The notes: generated by a model from the letters alone, not told the origin. Shown: positions 19,262 to 29,401, counted from the stretch's first letter. The stretch: DNA of 64,000 bases from Candidatus Sungiibacteriota bacterium (GCA_016201505.1 JACQCQ010000013.1:5285-69284); one strand, 5' to 3'. Numbers and translations are program-made.

Positions 19262-20431
19262 TTACCGATTTCCTTTTGCTCGATTGTGGGTCTTGCACAA
19301 CATCTCACAATTTTTCGTTGAAGTAGCACCACCCTTACTCCACGCTGATACATGATCTGCTTCCATTTCGCTAAAACTCCAAACCTTGCTCTTATTGGCG
19401 TCATGTCCTATCGCGCAATGTGAACAATTTGATTTCTCTTTAGTTTCCGCCTCACTTGTTTGTTTCGCGTAGACAGATCTCTTGGTCGCCTCATCAAAAA
19501 TTCGGACATCTAGCAATTTCGTATCAACTGAGCCGCCGAAAATATATTCAAAAATACCTTTTCGGTTTTTTACATACGGATCGCTATAAAGTTTTTGCAC
19601 CGCCTTTGAAATTTTAGCTGGGTCGTAAGACTTCTTGTGATACTCCTCATACAAGCGCCCCCACTCTAGGCCGCACATCTCGCTCTCTACATCTGTAAAT
19701 ACACTCGAAACCCAATCAATCACGCTATTGAAATATGTTTTTAGCTCTTTAATGTTTGTATCTTTGCGGTGACGACTCATGTAATCGTCAATATTCCCCT
19801 TACTTACCCAATCTAGCGCTCTCTCAAAAAATGCCTGTCGAGCCGCACTACCCTTTATGTATACGCTCCATTTTTGGATATTGGCATTTTGACTATTACT
19901 AAACTCCTCCTTGCCGAGCGTAACGAATGGCCCAGAATAGATAGCATTTAACAACTCTTGTGGAACGAGAGGTACTCCAGCGATATTTATAGTTTTGAAC
20001 CACTCCTTTATTTCACTTTCTGCGCCCTCGCATTCGTAAATAAGCAAAGGAGTTTTCAAAATTCTACTCTGCTTGTCTTTTGCCATGCCGCTAAAATATT
20101 GTTCCATTCCATTTTCGTCTTTTATGGCAAACTTGTCAGTTACAAACCGTCCGAGACTAGTGATGCGTTGTTGGCCGTCTAAAACTTCTAGATTGTCGGC
20201 AGAAACTTTATTGAAATAAATTAATCCTATCGGGTATTCTTTGAGGACTGATTCAATAACAGCTATTTCTCTTTTACCGCCATCAGACGCATAAATATAA
20301 TTTCGCTGGTACTCCGGCTGAATGGTGAGTTTGCCAGACAAACCAAATAAACCCTTGCCCTCGAGTTGGTTATAGATAAATCCATCGCAGATCTCTTTGA
20401 CAGTTATATTAGTTTTTAAAATTGTCTTCAT
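19262..20431 (-). CDS. DUF262 (GmrS/ParB-like) protein with C-terminal HNH endonuclease
   Basis: PEYQRNY, LDGQQR, F..IN; C-terminal CSHC...EADH...GG....NC..LCKTHN. Confidence 0.9.
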   Translation of the reverse strand: MKTILKTNITVKEICDGFIYNQLEGKGLFGLSGKLTIQPEYQRNYIYASDGGKREIAVIESVLKEYPIGLIYFNKVSADNLEVLDGQQRITSLGRFVTDKFAIKDENGMEQYFSGMAKDKQSRILKTPLLIYECEGAESEIKEWFKTINIAGVPLVPQELLNAIYSGPFVTLGKEEFSNSQNANIQKWSVYIKGSAARQAFFERALDWVSKGNIDDYMSRHRKDTNIKELKTYFNSVIDWVSSVFTDVESEMCGLEWGRLYEEYHKKSYDPAKISKAVQKLYSDPYVKNRKGIFEYIFGGSVDTKLLDVRIFDEATKRSVYAKQTSEAETKEKSNCSHCAIGHDANKSKVWSFSEMEADHVSAWSKGGATSTKNCEMLCKTHNRAKGNR

Positions 20432-20432
20432 A

Positions 20433-21647
20433 CTATTTTTTCTTATGTCTTATAAAAATTCTTTGGTAAGCAGACTGGACGATTCGACCTTCTTTGTTAA
20501 TAAAGTAGTTCTTTTTTTCATCATTTCCAACTAAATTAGCATTTTCATTTGTCTTTCCTCCAGATGATCCTGTTTTCATGCCATCCTGCCTTACCTCCCA
20601 ATAATCATAATAATTTTTTGTGTCAGGAACCTCATCATGGCACCCTCTTTGGGTCGCTCCTAAAATTTCAAACTGGTCCGGATTATATTTATTCAAAAAA
20701 CTAATCGGCACGCCCATCACACCTTTATAGTCGCTGGGAATATTTTTCACTAATGACACTTCTATTACATCATAATTGTCATACTTTTCGAATGGTTTTT
20801 TTGTTACAAACTTTATAACATCAGATTTAGTCATTAGCGGTAGTGACTGATGTCTGCGCCCATGGTCAAGATTCGTAAACCATAAGCAACCTTTCACAAA
20901 TAAAAATTTCTTTCCTTCCTCTATTTTTGAATTTGCGACATTTTCTCTTATCGGGTAATCGTCTGGTACTTGGAACCACTTATTTCGCCCGTCCATTGTG
21001 ACTCCTAGCCACAACTTATTATTCTTGATGAGTGGAAAAATTTCTTTATAAGTAATCGCATTTAAATTACCGATAATGATAAAATTTCTATTGTAATCAA
21101 AAAGCTGCTTAATATATGGTCGAAACAAGCTGAATGGTGGATTTGTTACTACAATGTCTGATTGTTTAAGAAGATTTATACATTCATCACCACGAAAGTC
21201 GCCATCGCCGTCTAGAGGCGTCCATTCGTTGTGTTTGTTTGCCTTTAACTGCTTGGCAACATCTTTCAAATTAAACTCGCCGTCTCCGTCTATATCATGC
21301 ACTTCGTTGATAATAAATTTGTTGGCAGTCACCTTTGGACGGCCTTTTGATTTTGTGAGCGTTTTGTCATCACCAAATAATCCTAGTTGTGTGTTGGCTA
21401 CGGGCGAGGGCTTGTAGCTGGTGGTAATAAGCTGTTTCAATCCGAGCTTGTTGAAATTGAGTACAAAATAGCGAAAGAAATTGCTCTCAAACGGATCGTC
21501 GCAGTTGCAATATACTACCTTACCGCGGAATGTATTAGCATTATATTCTAAATACGCTTCAATTTCTTTTTGAATATCGTCGTACTGAGTATAAAACTCA
21601 TCACTCTTTGCTTTTTTTGCTTTGTTAAAACTACTGCTGTTTGCCAT
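20433..21647 (-). CDS. Adenine-specific DNA methyltransferase, EcoRI family
   Basis: [51 protein letters not shown]. Confidence 0.92.
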   Translation of the reverse strand: MANSSSFNKAKKAKSDEFYTQYDDIQKEIEAYLEYNANTFRGKVVYCNCDDPFESNFFRYFVLNFNKLGLKQLITTSYKPSPVANTQLGLFGDDKTLTKSKGRPKVTANKFIINEVHDIDGDGEFNLKDVAKQLKANKHNEWTPLDGDGDFRGDECINLLKQSDIVVTNPPFSLFRPYIKQLFDYNRNFIIIGNLNAITYKEIFPLIKNNKLWLGVTMDGRNKWFQVPDDYPIRENVANSKIEEGKKFLFVKGCLWFTNLDHGRRHQSLPLMTKSDVIKFVTKKPFEKYDNYDVIEVSLVKNIPSDYKGVMGVPISFLNKYNPDQFEILGATQRGCHDEVPDTKNYYDYWEVRQDGMKTGSSGGKTNENANLVGNDEKKNYFINKEGRIVQSAYQRIFIRHKKK

Positions 21648-21649
21648 AA

Positions 21650-21865
21650 CTATTTCTGTATTAAATCATCAACGCCAACATTCAATGCCTTTGCAATTTT
21701 AGACATCGTTTCAATGGTCGGATTGATGTTTGCTCCCGATTCAATCTTAATGATTGTATTGTAGGTAACATCAGCAAGTTTCGAGAGCTTATCTTGCGAA
21801 ATACCGAGTTTGTTTCGGTATTTTTTGATATTATCAGCAATTTTTGAGTTGTTGCTTGCGCTCAT
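21650..21865 (-). CDS. XRE-family HTH regulator (controller-like), first gene of the cargo operon
   Basis: ISQDKLSKLADV.YNTIIKIESG...NPTIET..KIAKAL. Confidence 0.9.
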   Translation of the reverse strand: MSASNNSKIADNIKKYRNKLGISQDKLSKLADVTYNTIIKIESGANINPTIETMSKIAKALNVGVDDLIQK

Positions 21866-22007
21866 AGTAATATAATACTATAATCAAAGTAATGGCGATT
21901 AAAATTGATTATTATATTACTATGGTATCAAAAAATAACGAATTAGTAAATCTCAAAGGGAGCTCCTTAGCCTTTTCCGCGCACGGGTGGTGGGGCAAGG
22001 AAAAGAA

Positions 22008-22332
22008 ATTAGCCGCCGCCAAAAATTCCGTCCGTCCCCGCAAGAACACGGCGGAAGGGGGGTGTGGGGGGAATTCCGCCGTGTTCTTGCAAAAAATAGA
22101 GGCCAGCCCCGCCGCCTTGCTTTGACAAGCAAGGCGGCGGGGCGGCTTCATTCGTCGGGGGTTTCCCGAAAATGCGTTCGGATTTCGTTCAGGGTATGGA
22201 GCCAAATTGGATGATACGAGTTCACCGCCTCGTCCCTCGACTTTGCTCGGGACTCGGCGGGCAAATCGGCAAGAATTTTCCACGACTTTTTGGGTTCAAA
22301 ACAAATCGCTTGCGGGCGCAAAACGTGGTTCG
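22008..22332 (-). repeat. Inverted internal copy of the element-1 circle junction (attP-like)
   Basis: 22008-22202 inverts 17856-18157 and 22198-22332 inverts 23800-23934 (132/135 identical); the two parts meet at GGAGC(C) 22198-22203. Confidence 0.93.
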
Positions 22333-22451
22333 CCGCGCGAAGCGCGGAGTAAATGGAAATTTACAGCCAATTCTTTTTCTTCCGCCTTCGGCGGAAAGCA
22401 AAGCGATAATTTTTAGCCCAAAAGCGATAGTTCAATAAATTCACTACAAGT

Positions 22452-24011
22452 ATGAAATACTTTTTATACATCAGAAAATCAACGGACGAGGACGATAGAC
22501 AAGTTTTGTCGCTGGAAGCACAGGAGACGGAACTGAAGGAATTTGCCTTGCGGGAAAATCTTTTTATCGCCGCGACTTTCCGCGAATCGCAAACCGCCAA
22601 AGAGCCAGGCAGACCGATTTTCAACGACATGCTCAAACGAATGGAACGCGGCGAAGCCGAGGGGATTTTAGCGTGGCACCCCGATAGATTGGCGAGAAAC
22701 AGCATAGACGGCGGACGGATAATTTTCTTGATTGATACTGGAAAAATCAAAGCGCTAAAATCCCCGACATTCTGGTTTGAGCCGACCCCGCAAGGCAAAT
22801 TCATGTTGAATATCGCTTTTGGGCAGTCCAAATACTTTGTGGATAATCTTTCAGAGAATACCAAACGAGGGTTGCGTCAAAAATTGCGCCGAGGCGAATT
22901 GCCAGGCTACGCGCCACTTGGCTATTTGAATGACTTGCTAAAGCACACGATGTATAAAGACCCCGAAAGATTTCGCCTCGTTCGCAAGCTTTTTGAATTA
23001 TACGCAACCGGAAATTATTCTCTGAAAGATTTGCGGAAGTTGATAACTTCCGCCGGATTGTTGAGCCGCAAAGGAAATATGCTTTCCGTCTCCAATATCC
23101 AAAGTATACTCTCTACCTCATTTTATTACGGCGTATTCAAATACAACGGCGAACTTTATGACGGAAAGCATGAGCCAATGATTGCAAAGAAACTTTTTGA
23201 AGCGTGCCAAAAAGTGATGGCGGATCGTTCGCGCCCGAAAAAGCCGAGCCAAAAAGAATATCCGTTTAGAAATTTGCTCAAATGCGGCGAATGCGGATGC
23301 GCCATCACTTCTGAAACGCAAAAGGGGCATAACTATTATCGCTGTACGAAAAAGAAAGACAAACAATGTTCGCAAAAATATATCCGGGAGGAAGTTTTGG
23401 CACGCCAGATTTTGGACGAGATTCAAAAAGTTTCTTTGCCTCCCGCTTGGGCGGAATGGATGCTTACGGAATTGAACAAGGAAGAAGCGGAAGCCGCCCA
23501 AGCGGGTGTCGTTTTCGCTCAAAATCTCAAGGACAAAATAAAAGAGCTTGAAGGAAAGCTCGACCTGCTTTTAGACGCTCATTTGGACGGCACGATTTCG
23601 CGCGAGGAATACACCGCCAAGAAAGAAAAATTCATCACCGAAAAGGCCGAGCTTTCCGAAAAATTGAAGGATTTTGAGCGAAGCGGCAATCATTGGCTCG
23701 AACCGGCCCGGCAATTCATTTTAGCGGCTCTACAAGCCAAAAATATCGCTTTGCAAGAAAATCCCGTCGCGGGACGGGATTTTCTCAAAAGAATTGGCTC
23801 GAACCACGTTTTGCGCTCGCAAGCGATATGCTTTGAACCCAAAAAGTCGTGGAAAATTCTTGCCGATTTGCCCGCCGAGTCCCGAGCAAAGTCGAGGGAC
23901 GAGGCGGTGAACTCGTATCATCCAATTTGGCTCCGCGCCTTGACCGACGTTAGAACCGCCTTGATGAGCCTAACGGGCTACTCGCCGTTTACGATTGTGA
24001 GAGGATGGTAA
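22452..24011 (+). CDS. Large serine recombinase (resolvase + recombinase + Zn-ribbon), element 1
   Basis: YIRKST catalytic Ser, DRLARN, CGECG...YYRC...C, coiled coil. Confidence 0.95.
   Translation: MKYFLYIRKSTDEDDRQVLSLEAQETELKEFALRENLFIAATFRESQTAKEPGRPIFNDMLKRMERGEAEGILAWHPDRLARNSIDGGRIIFLIDTGKIKALKSPTFWFEPTPQGKFMLNIAFGQSKYFVDNLSENTKRGLRQKLRRGELPGYAPLGYLNDLLKHTMYKDPERFRLVRKLFELYATGNYSLKDLRKLITSAGLLSRKGNMLSVSNIQSILSTSFYYGVFKYNGELYDGKHEPMIAKKLFEACQKVMADRSRPKKPSQKEYPFRNLLKCGECGCAITSETQKGHNYYRCTKKKDKQCSQKYIREEVLARQILDEIQKVSLPPAWAEWMLTELNKEEAEAAQAGVVFAQNLKDKIKELEGKLDLLLDAHLDGTISREEYTAKKEKFITEKAELSEKLKDFERSGNHWLEPARQFILAALQAKNIALQENPVAGRDFLKRIGSNHVLRSQAICFEPKKSWKILADLPAESRAKSRDEAVNSYHPIWLRALTDVRTALMSLTGYSPFTIVRGW
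23800..23934 (+). repeat. Right arm of the 135-bp inverted repeat inside the LSR 3' end
   Basis: Reverse complement of 22198-22332 with 3 mismatches. Confidence 0.95.
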
Positions 24012-24021
24012 ACAGACAATT

Positions 24022-24306
24022 TTAACTAGCGTTGGCTTTAACCAACTTTATAGCTTCGAGGGTCTCCGAAACAGCAGCAGATTTGGCATTAACAATCTTT
24101 ACTTTATCCATACCATATTTCTCATTGAGTTGAGACAATAACTCGTCGGCAAATGATGGGGAGAGAACCTCAACAGCAGAGAAATCTAACACAACATCTT
24201 CTTTGTCAGCACTCCCATTGATAATCTGAAACATTCTCAAAACAGCCTCTCTAGCCGAAGGTCTGCCATTCAGTACAGTTCCAAATTTGGATATTTGAAT
24301 AATCAC
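24022..24306 (-). CDS. STAS-like domain protein (DUF4325-like)
   Basis: GTVLNGR..A, VVLDFSAVEVLSPSFADEL. Confidence 0.82.
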   Translation of the reverse strand: MIIQISKFGTVLNGRPSAREAVLRMFQIINGSADKEDVVLDFSAVEVLSPSFADELLSQLNEKYGMDKVKIVNAKSAAVSETLEAIKLVKANAS

Positions 24307-24314
24307 CGATGTGT

Positions 24315-25130
24315 TTAGTTATATTCTACCACTAACGAGGCTATAGTTCCTAAGGTACGCTTAGCCTGCCTACTTCTTTTACCATCCTTGTCTACCACCA
24401 CAAGACCTGCCCCCGAATGAATCCTTACACTGCCATGAAACTTATTAAGAGTCCAGTCCTGCACCACAAGCAATCCGTTACCACGCTTCTCTGGCATTCT
24501 CCCCGTAATACCGCTTAACCCCAACTCTATTGCTTCTATATCATCCTTAAGATCGGGTTTACTAAGTCTTAGCGAACCGAGGAACCCTCCCCCTGGGTCT
24601 GCCACAGAAATCTCTATGCGCTTTTTCGTGGGATAGTTTTGCGCGGTTATGATAGCTCCTCGAATCTCCGTCGGCCAGAGACCCTCGTTATGATCGAATA
24701 CATTATTCCCTAACTCTCCTACCATAGCCGTAGCTCTTGCCTCATCATCGGCATTCATCCCAAAATTTGTAAACATTTTCCTAATCCTAGACTGTAGTCT
24801 CGCATTGAAGTCATCCCGAAAAGAACAGTGGAGAATTTCATGCAGATTTGGGTTGTCCAACTCATTCATTAGAAGGTCGCTCATTGGCCTCATATCTTCT
24901 GCATACCCTAAATTAGTCATTAGTGAATCAAAGTGCATTCTTTTTAGATAGGCAAGAACATCAGGGCTGTCTGGCAATATAATCTTCTTATTCTGTAGAC
25001 TCTTATTCTCAATAGCTTTTAAGCAAACCAGCCCTATTATCCAAGGATCGCACCAAGTGCATGAACTCAAATCAATAATTTTATCTAGAAATGATTCAGT
25101 CTCCCCGATAGTCTCAAATGTGAAATCCAT
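24315..25130 (-). CDS. GHKL/HATPase-fold ATP-binding protein (anti-sigma/kinase-like)
   Basis: EL..NVFDH (N box), ISVAD.G.G (G1), RGNGL (G2); ATG 25130 preferred. Confidence 0.8.
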   Translation of the reverse strand: MDFTFETIGETESFLDKIIDLSSCTWCDPWIIGLVCLKAIENKSLQNKKIILPDSPDVLAYLKRMHFDSLMTNLGYAEDMRPMSDLLMNELDNPNLHEILHCSFRDDFNARLQSRIRKMFTNFGMNADDEARATAMVGELGNNVFDHNEGLWPTEIRGAIITAQNYPTKKRIEISVADPGGGFLGSLRLSKPDLKDDIEAIELGLSGITGRMPEKRGNGLLVVQDWTLNKFHGSVRIHSGAGLVVVDKDGKRSRQAKRTLGTIASLVVEYN

Positions 25131-25261
25131 ATCTTCTATAAATGGGCGGCTACTCGCCTCAAACCCCAAAACAATCAATATAGCTAATTCAATAGCATTC
25201 TATCAGTATTCCCCAAGCTGATCGAAAACATCTTCCAGATTTTGACCGCAGAGCTTAGGTT

Positions 25262-26674
25262 TTACGCCAAAATCATTCTCTCAACTCGCTTTTGCGCGTT
25301 TGCTAAAACTTCGGTCGCCTGAATGCGCAAGGTTCGCATTTTTGAGTAAGACGACCGAACACCGTCTACTATTTTTTCCTGAACTGGCATGGGCGGTAAC
25401 GGGAATTTGAATGATTTGAATTCTTCAGAGTTTATATTTGGCTGACCAGCTGGTCTCTGAATGAGATTTTTCCACAATTCATAATATCGCGTTTGAGTGA
25501 GACAAAAAACGTAATCTGGGATTGCCTTCTGCGAATTTATTTTGAAACGGATCATATAACCAGCAAAAATAGCTTTACCCACCTCGTCCTTATAGATATA
25601 CGTTTTTCCTGCGGTTGCTCCGCTTCTGGCAAACAGTAAATCGTCTTGCTGCAGAATATATCTATCTTCAATTTTCTCTGCTGTTTTCCAGCTATCCGCT
25701 CGTAATTCTCCGTCATCTTCAATATCGGTAATTCTTATATAGCGCATGTCGCGCAATGGATTGCCATCAACAGCTCTCTCGTTTGCACCATATTGTGGTG
25801 GCTCGGATAAAACTTCTTCAAGCGTGGACAAAGAGTATTTCGACTCTAAGTGTGAATAAATGGAATAATCGCGCAAGTAGATCGGGTCGAGACGATTTGT
25901 AACCTCATCACTCCAGACCTCAAATACTCGCCGTACCCCCCCCTCTGGGATTTCTATACCAAGCTCGCCAAGAACGAAGCCGTCAATCGAGGCGATGATT
26001 TTTTGGATTTCTGTTTCTTTCTTTCGTTTTTCTGCATATGCCACTCGTATTGTTTCTACTACTTCCTTTTGAATTTTGATAGACGGAATAGGAAGTTTGA
26101 CTGATCTGATTTCGTCAAGATTGATGTTTGCTTGGACAGATGGCCGAGAAAGGCGATTGGTTTGGATTTTTCCGATTTTTGAATTCAAAACTGTTGCAAT
26201 ATAGTTGTTATCATACCCGTCTTTCAAAACAATTCGGGCAAGCGCCTGATTTATATTTGCTTCGCCTATACCATCTTGAACTATTGCGACTAACCCTATC
26301 GTACCGGCCATCGAGAGTAATAAATCACCCTCTTTGAGTTGTGTTCTTTTAAGAATTCCACTATGAATCTCCGGTTTGATGTAAAGCACATCCGATAAAT
26401 CAATATGCCCATCTTCGAGATTGGTAACACGAATAAAAGGGATGCCACCTTCTTCTTTGGAGATGTAAGCATCGCCACCCGCTAAAGGCGTTGCACCACT
26501 TCCGATATAATTCGCAATTTCTCCGAGTGTTTTTACATCTTTTCTGTTCGAGATTTTTTGTTCGAACTCTGTGAAATATGGCAAATAAAAACGTGGGTCA
26601 AGTCGTTTTTCAACCTTATCGCTCCAAATCGAAAATACCTGTGTCGCTAAATTATTATTTTCTGAATTTTTCAT
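25262..26674 (-). CDS. Restriction-modification specificity (S) subunit with two TRDs
   Basis: Two repeats of RLDP.Y / GDLL / Q.NIN / LP.P....Q; ATG 26674 overlaps the MTase end. Confidence 0.9.
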   Translation of the reverse strand: MKNSENNNLATQVFSIWSDKVEKRLDPRFYLPYFTEFEQKISNRKDVKTLGEIANYIGSGATPLAGGDAYISKEEGGIPFIRVTNLEDGHIDLSDVLYIKPEIHSGILKRTQLKEGDLLLSMAGTIGLVAIVQDGIGEANINQALARIVLKDGYDNNYIATVLNSKIGKIQTNRLSRPSVQANINLDEIRSVKLPIPSIKIQKEVVETIRVAYAEKRKKETEIQKIIASIDGFVLGELGIEIPEGGVRRVFEVWSDEVTNRLDPIYLRDYSIYSHLESKYSLSTLEEVLSEPPQYGANERAVDGNPLRDMRYIRITDIEDDGELRADSWKTAEKIEDRYILQQDDLLFARSGATAGKTYIYKDEVGKAIFAGYMIRFKINSQKAIPDYVFCLTQTRYYELWKNLIQRPAGQPNINSEEFKSFKFPLPPMPVQEKIVDGVRSSYSKMRTLRIQATEVLANAQKRVERMILA

Positions 26675-28427
26675 ATTCTTCCAAAATTTTATACAGGTCA
26701 TTTTGTGTTTCGGTTCGTCCTGTCGCGTCATAGCCGATATGCTCAGCAATTGCCATAAAAATTTTATAACGCTTTAGTTTCTCCTTCATACCATTGCGCC
26801 TCACGAAAACAAGCGACGACTTCACGCCCGCGCCAAAGTGAGTAAAAGCAAATTGTGGAAGCGAAACAACGGCTAGAATCTGACATCGCTCCATAAGAAA
26901 ATCGCGGACATATTGGAGTGATGAGTTGGTCAAAATCCCATCCGGCAAAACAATCGCCATTTGGCCAGTTTCCGGCTTCAAAAAATCTACACACCTCTCG
27001 ATGAACAATATCTCGGTTTTTTGGTTGTCGCGGATTTTTTTGCCATTTTGAGCAAGCACAAATTTTTCGAGATAAGGGTGTTCGCTCCGCTTAACCGTAG
27101 CACCGAATGGCGGATTGGTAACGATGAAGTCAAAACGATTTCGTGCAAAGCCAGGATTTTTTGCCTTCATCTTTTCAATATCATTGAGCGCGTCATGGCC
27201 GATGACGTTCGTGTGGCCATCGTCGTGAATAATCATATTCATTTTGGCTACACGCGCGATGGAGTCATTTATTTCAATACCGAAAAGATTGTTTTGCGCA
27301 AAATCATGCCAATACCGCCACTGCTCTTTTTCCTCATTGGGGTAATACTCCGCCGCCTGATGTCGGACTTCGTCGAGCGTATGCAAAAGAAAGCCGCCAG
27401 AACCGCACGCAGGGTCAAGCACAAGGTCGTCATTCTTTATGCTCATCATTTTGACGGCAAAACTAACGATATTGCGCGGGGTGAAAAATTGACCGCTTTT
27501 GCCCTTGAAAAAATCCTCCATAAAATGCTCAAAGGCGACACCTTTGGTATCAAGGTCGGTTTTATCAAGAGAAATGCCCTGTAAGTGCTCGACGACGGTA
27601 TACAATTCTTCCGGCTCGATTTTCAAATCTTCCTTAAAGACTTCGGGATCAATCTTTTTCGCTTCAAGATAAATGGCGTTGATACGCTTATAGACGCTCT
27701 CCGCACTCTCGTGTGTTTTGATCTGAAAATCATAAGGGTCGCCCGTGCGGCGTCCCTTTTTTTCATCGCGAATTTTTACAAAAATAATTTTGGCGAATTC
27801 ATCAAACGCGGTGGTTGGCGCACGCTTGCCGCCCGCCCAAAGTGTATCGTGGCACTTTTGGAATGCCCGTTTTAAGTCCTCTTGGTCAATCGGCTTCAAA
27901 TCCCAATGCTGATCGCCTTTTTTGTAGCGAAATTCCTCAACTTTGCCGTAGGAAATCGGAATATCAGTGATAGTTGCCTTTTCTGGCTCTTTGTCGTTCC
28001 AAACGCCGGTTTCCATCGCGCGACGAGTATTGCCCGCTACACAATTCGAGAATGGAGCACGAAGAACGCGTGCATTGGCAATGGCTTGTTTTGTTGCTTG
28101 TTCAAATTCCGCATCGGAAATGCCATCTTTTTTACACTCAACGACGATGTAGGGCTTACGTTGAGCATTATCTTCATAAATAACAATGTCCGCGTAGCGT
28201 TCTGGTGTGCGGTCTGGCATTTCCACTTCAAGTCCGATACGCGCAGCAGGATAGTTGTATTTTTCGATAAGGTCAAAATAGTATTCAGCACGAACTTTTT
28301 CTTCGGGATCGCTTAGGTTTTCCTTGTGTCCAGACGGCAAGTATTCAATCTTCGCCCCACCGTTATGCAAACGGAAGTACCCCTTTCGTTCTCCATCTTT
28401 TAGAATTTTTTCAAATGCGGACTGCAT
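26655..28427 (-). CDS. N6-adenine MTase with N-terminal HsdR_N-type PD-(D/E)XK endonuclease domain
   Basis: PEEKVR..., ADIVIY...IVVECK, GQFFTPR, VLDPACGSGGFL, VTNPPFG. Confidence 0.92.
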   Translation of the reverse strand: MQSAFEKILKDGERKGYFRLHNGGAKIEYLPSGHKENLSDPEEKVRAEYYFDLIEKYNYPAARIGLEVEMPDRTPERYADIVIYEDNAQRKPYIVVECKKDGISDAEFEQATKQAIANARVLRAPFSNCVAGNTRRAMETGVWNDKEPEKATITDIPISYGKVEEFRYKKGDQHWDLKPIDQEDLKRAFQKCHDTLWAGGKRAPTTAFDEFAKIIFVKIRDEKKGRRTGDPYDFQIKTHESAESVYKRINAIYLEAKKIDPEVFKEDLKIEPEELYTVVEHLQGISLDKTDLDTKGVAFEHFMEDFFKGKSGQFFTPRNIVSFAVKMMSIKNDDLVLDPACGSGGFLLHTLDEVRHQAAEYYPNEEKEQWRYWHDFAQNNLFGIEINDSIARVAKMNMIIHDDGHTNVIGHDALNDIEKMKAKNPGFARNRFDFIVTNPPFGATVKRSEHPYLEKFVLAQNGKKIRDNQKTEILFIERCVDFLKPETGQMAIVLPDGILTNSSLQYVRDFLMERCQILAVVSLPQFAFTHFGAGVKSSLVFVRRNGMKEKLKRYKIFMAIAEHIGYDATGRTETQNDLYKILEEYEKFRK

Positions 28428-28428
28428 A

Positions 28429-28626
28429 TTATTTCTTTTTTAAGAGTTTCAGAATGTCATCTTTTTGATAGCGTCTATCCTTCCTAATTCCAATACGAAT
28501 AGCTTTAAGAATCCCTTTTGTATCCCATTGGCGAAGCGTATTCGGATGACATTTCAGAACGGCGCAAGCCTCTTTAAGCGTTAGAAGTTCGGGGATACCC
28601 CTCTTCTCCTGTTTAGTCCTAGGCAT
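28429..28626 (-). CDS. Excisionase-like MerR/HTH_17 DNA-binding protein
   Basis: LLTLKEACAVLKCHPNTLRQWD..G.L.A.R....DRRY; start could be 28626 or 28653. Confidence 0.85.
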   Translation of the reverse strand: MPRTKQEKRGIPELLTLKEACAVLKCHPNTLRQWDTKGILKAIRIGIRKDRRYQKDDILKLLKKK

Positions 28627-28682
28627 TGATTCTAACTTAACATTTGCTAACATAGGCCGTAAATAGCATCATACCTTAGAAA

Positions 28683-29396
28683 ATGGCCAACGAAGTAGCC
28701 CCTATAGAGAAACTTAGCCAAATAAACTTCCTTAGCGTCTGCGATGTCGCTATGGATATTTTAGAACAGCTCCAGCTTTCTACTGAAGATAAAGTAACTA
28801 TTAAGCTGATACGAAATCTAATAAGATTCTCTATCCTGCTGCCAGCCAAAGCGCCGAACCTTATGGACGAATATGGCGACAACCGGATGAGGGCAGTAAT
28901 TTATCTGGAAGAAATTGGTGTTATTGCACACTATAAAGTCCTTAGTGACTATAACCACTACGAAGCAGAAATCTTAATAGACTTAAATCGAGGATCATTC
29001 AATTCATTCTATGACAAGTTGGGAGAAGTATACGAAAAAAGAGTTGTGGAGCCAGCCAAGAAGAACGAAAGCCAAGGCGATACCTCGCGAATTAAATCCT
29101 CTGATTTCTCATACTCCAAAGATGATGAAGTATGCTTTCGTGGACTTAAGGCAAAAATACCAGGCAATACCAACCAGTCAGGAATATGTAAATTCCTGTT
29201 TGGGCAAAACCTCGGCAGTTGGTTTGATTGGGATACCGTTTATCAAGAGATTAAGGGTGCCGAACCTATGAAAAATGAGAGCAAGGTCATCGCAGATGCA
29301 GTCGAAGCGATAAACCAAAAGACTGAACAAACAATCGGTCTCAAAATTATTGAATTTAAGGATAAAAAGTTGAGATTGAACCCACGATTATCTTGA
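28683..29396 (+). CDS. Hypothetical protein with probable C-terminal winged helix
   Basis: 237-aa ORF divergent from the excisionase; C-terminal WDTVYQEI...IADAVEAINQK...LRLNP. Confidence 0.6.
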   Translation: MANEVAPIEKLSQINFLSVCDVAMDILEQLQLSTEDKVTIKLIRNLIRFSILLPAKAPNLMDEYGDNRMRAVIYLEEIGVIAHYKVLSDYNHYEAEILIDLNRGSFNSFYDKLGEVYEKRVVEPAKKNESQGDTSRIKSSDFSYSKDDEVCFRGLKAKIPGNTNQSGICKFLFGQNLGSWFDWDTVYQEIKGAEPMKNESKVIADAVEAINQKTEQTIGLKIIEFKDKKLRLNPRLS

Positions 29397-29401
29397 GTCG
29401 C

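Larger units (their letters stand above)
17856..23934. mobile_element. Element 1 (~6.1 kb): defence cargo plus LSR, with an internal inverted att copy
   Basis: GCTCC at both ends; LSR 22452 ends across the right junction. Confidence 0.72.
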
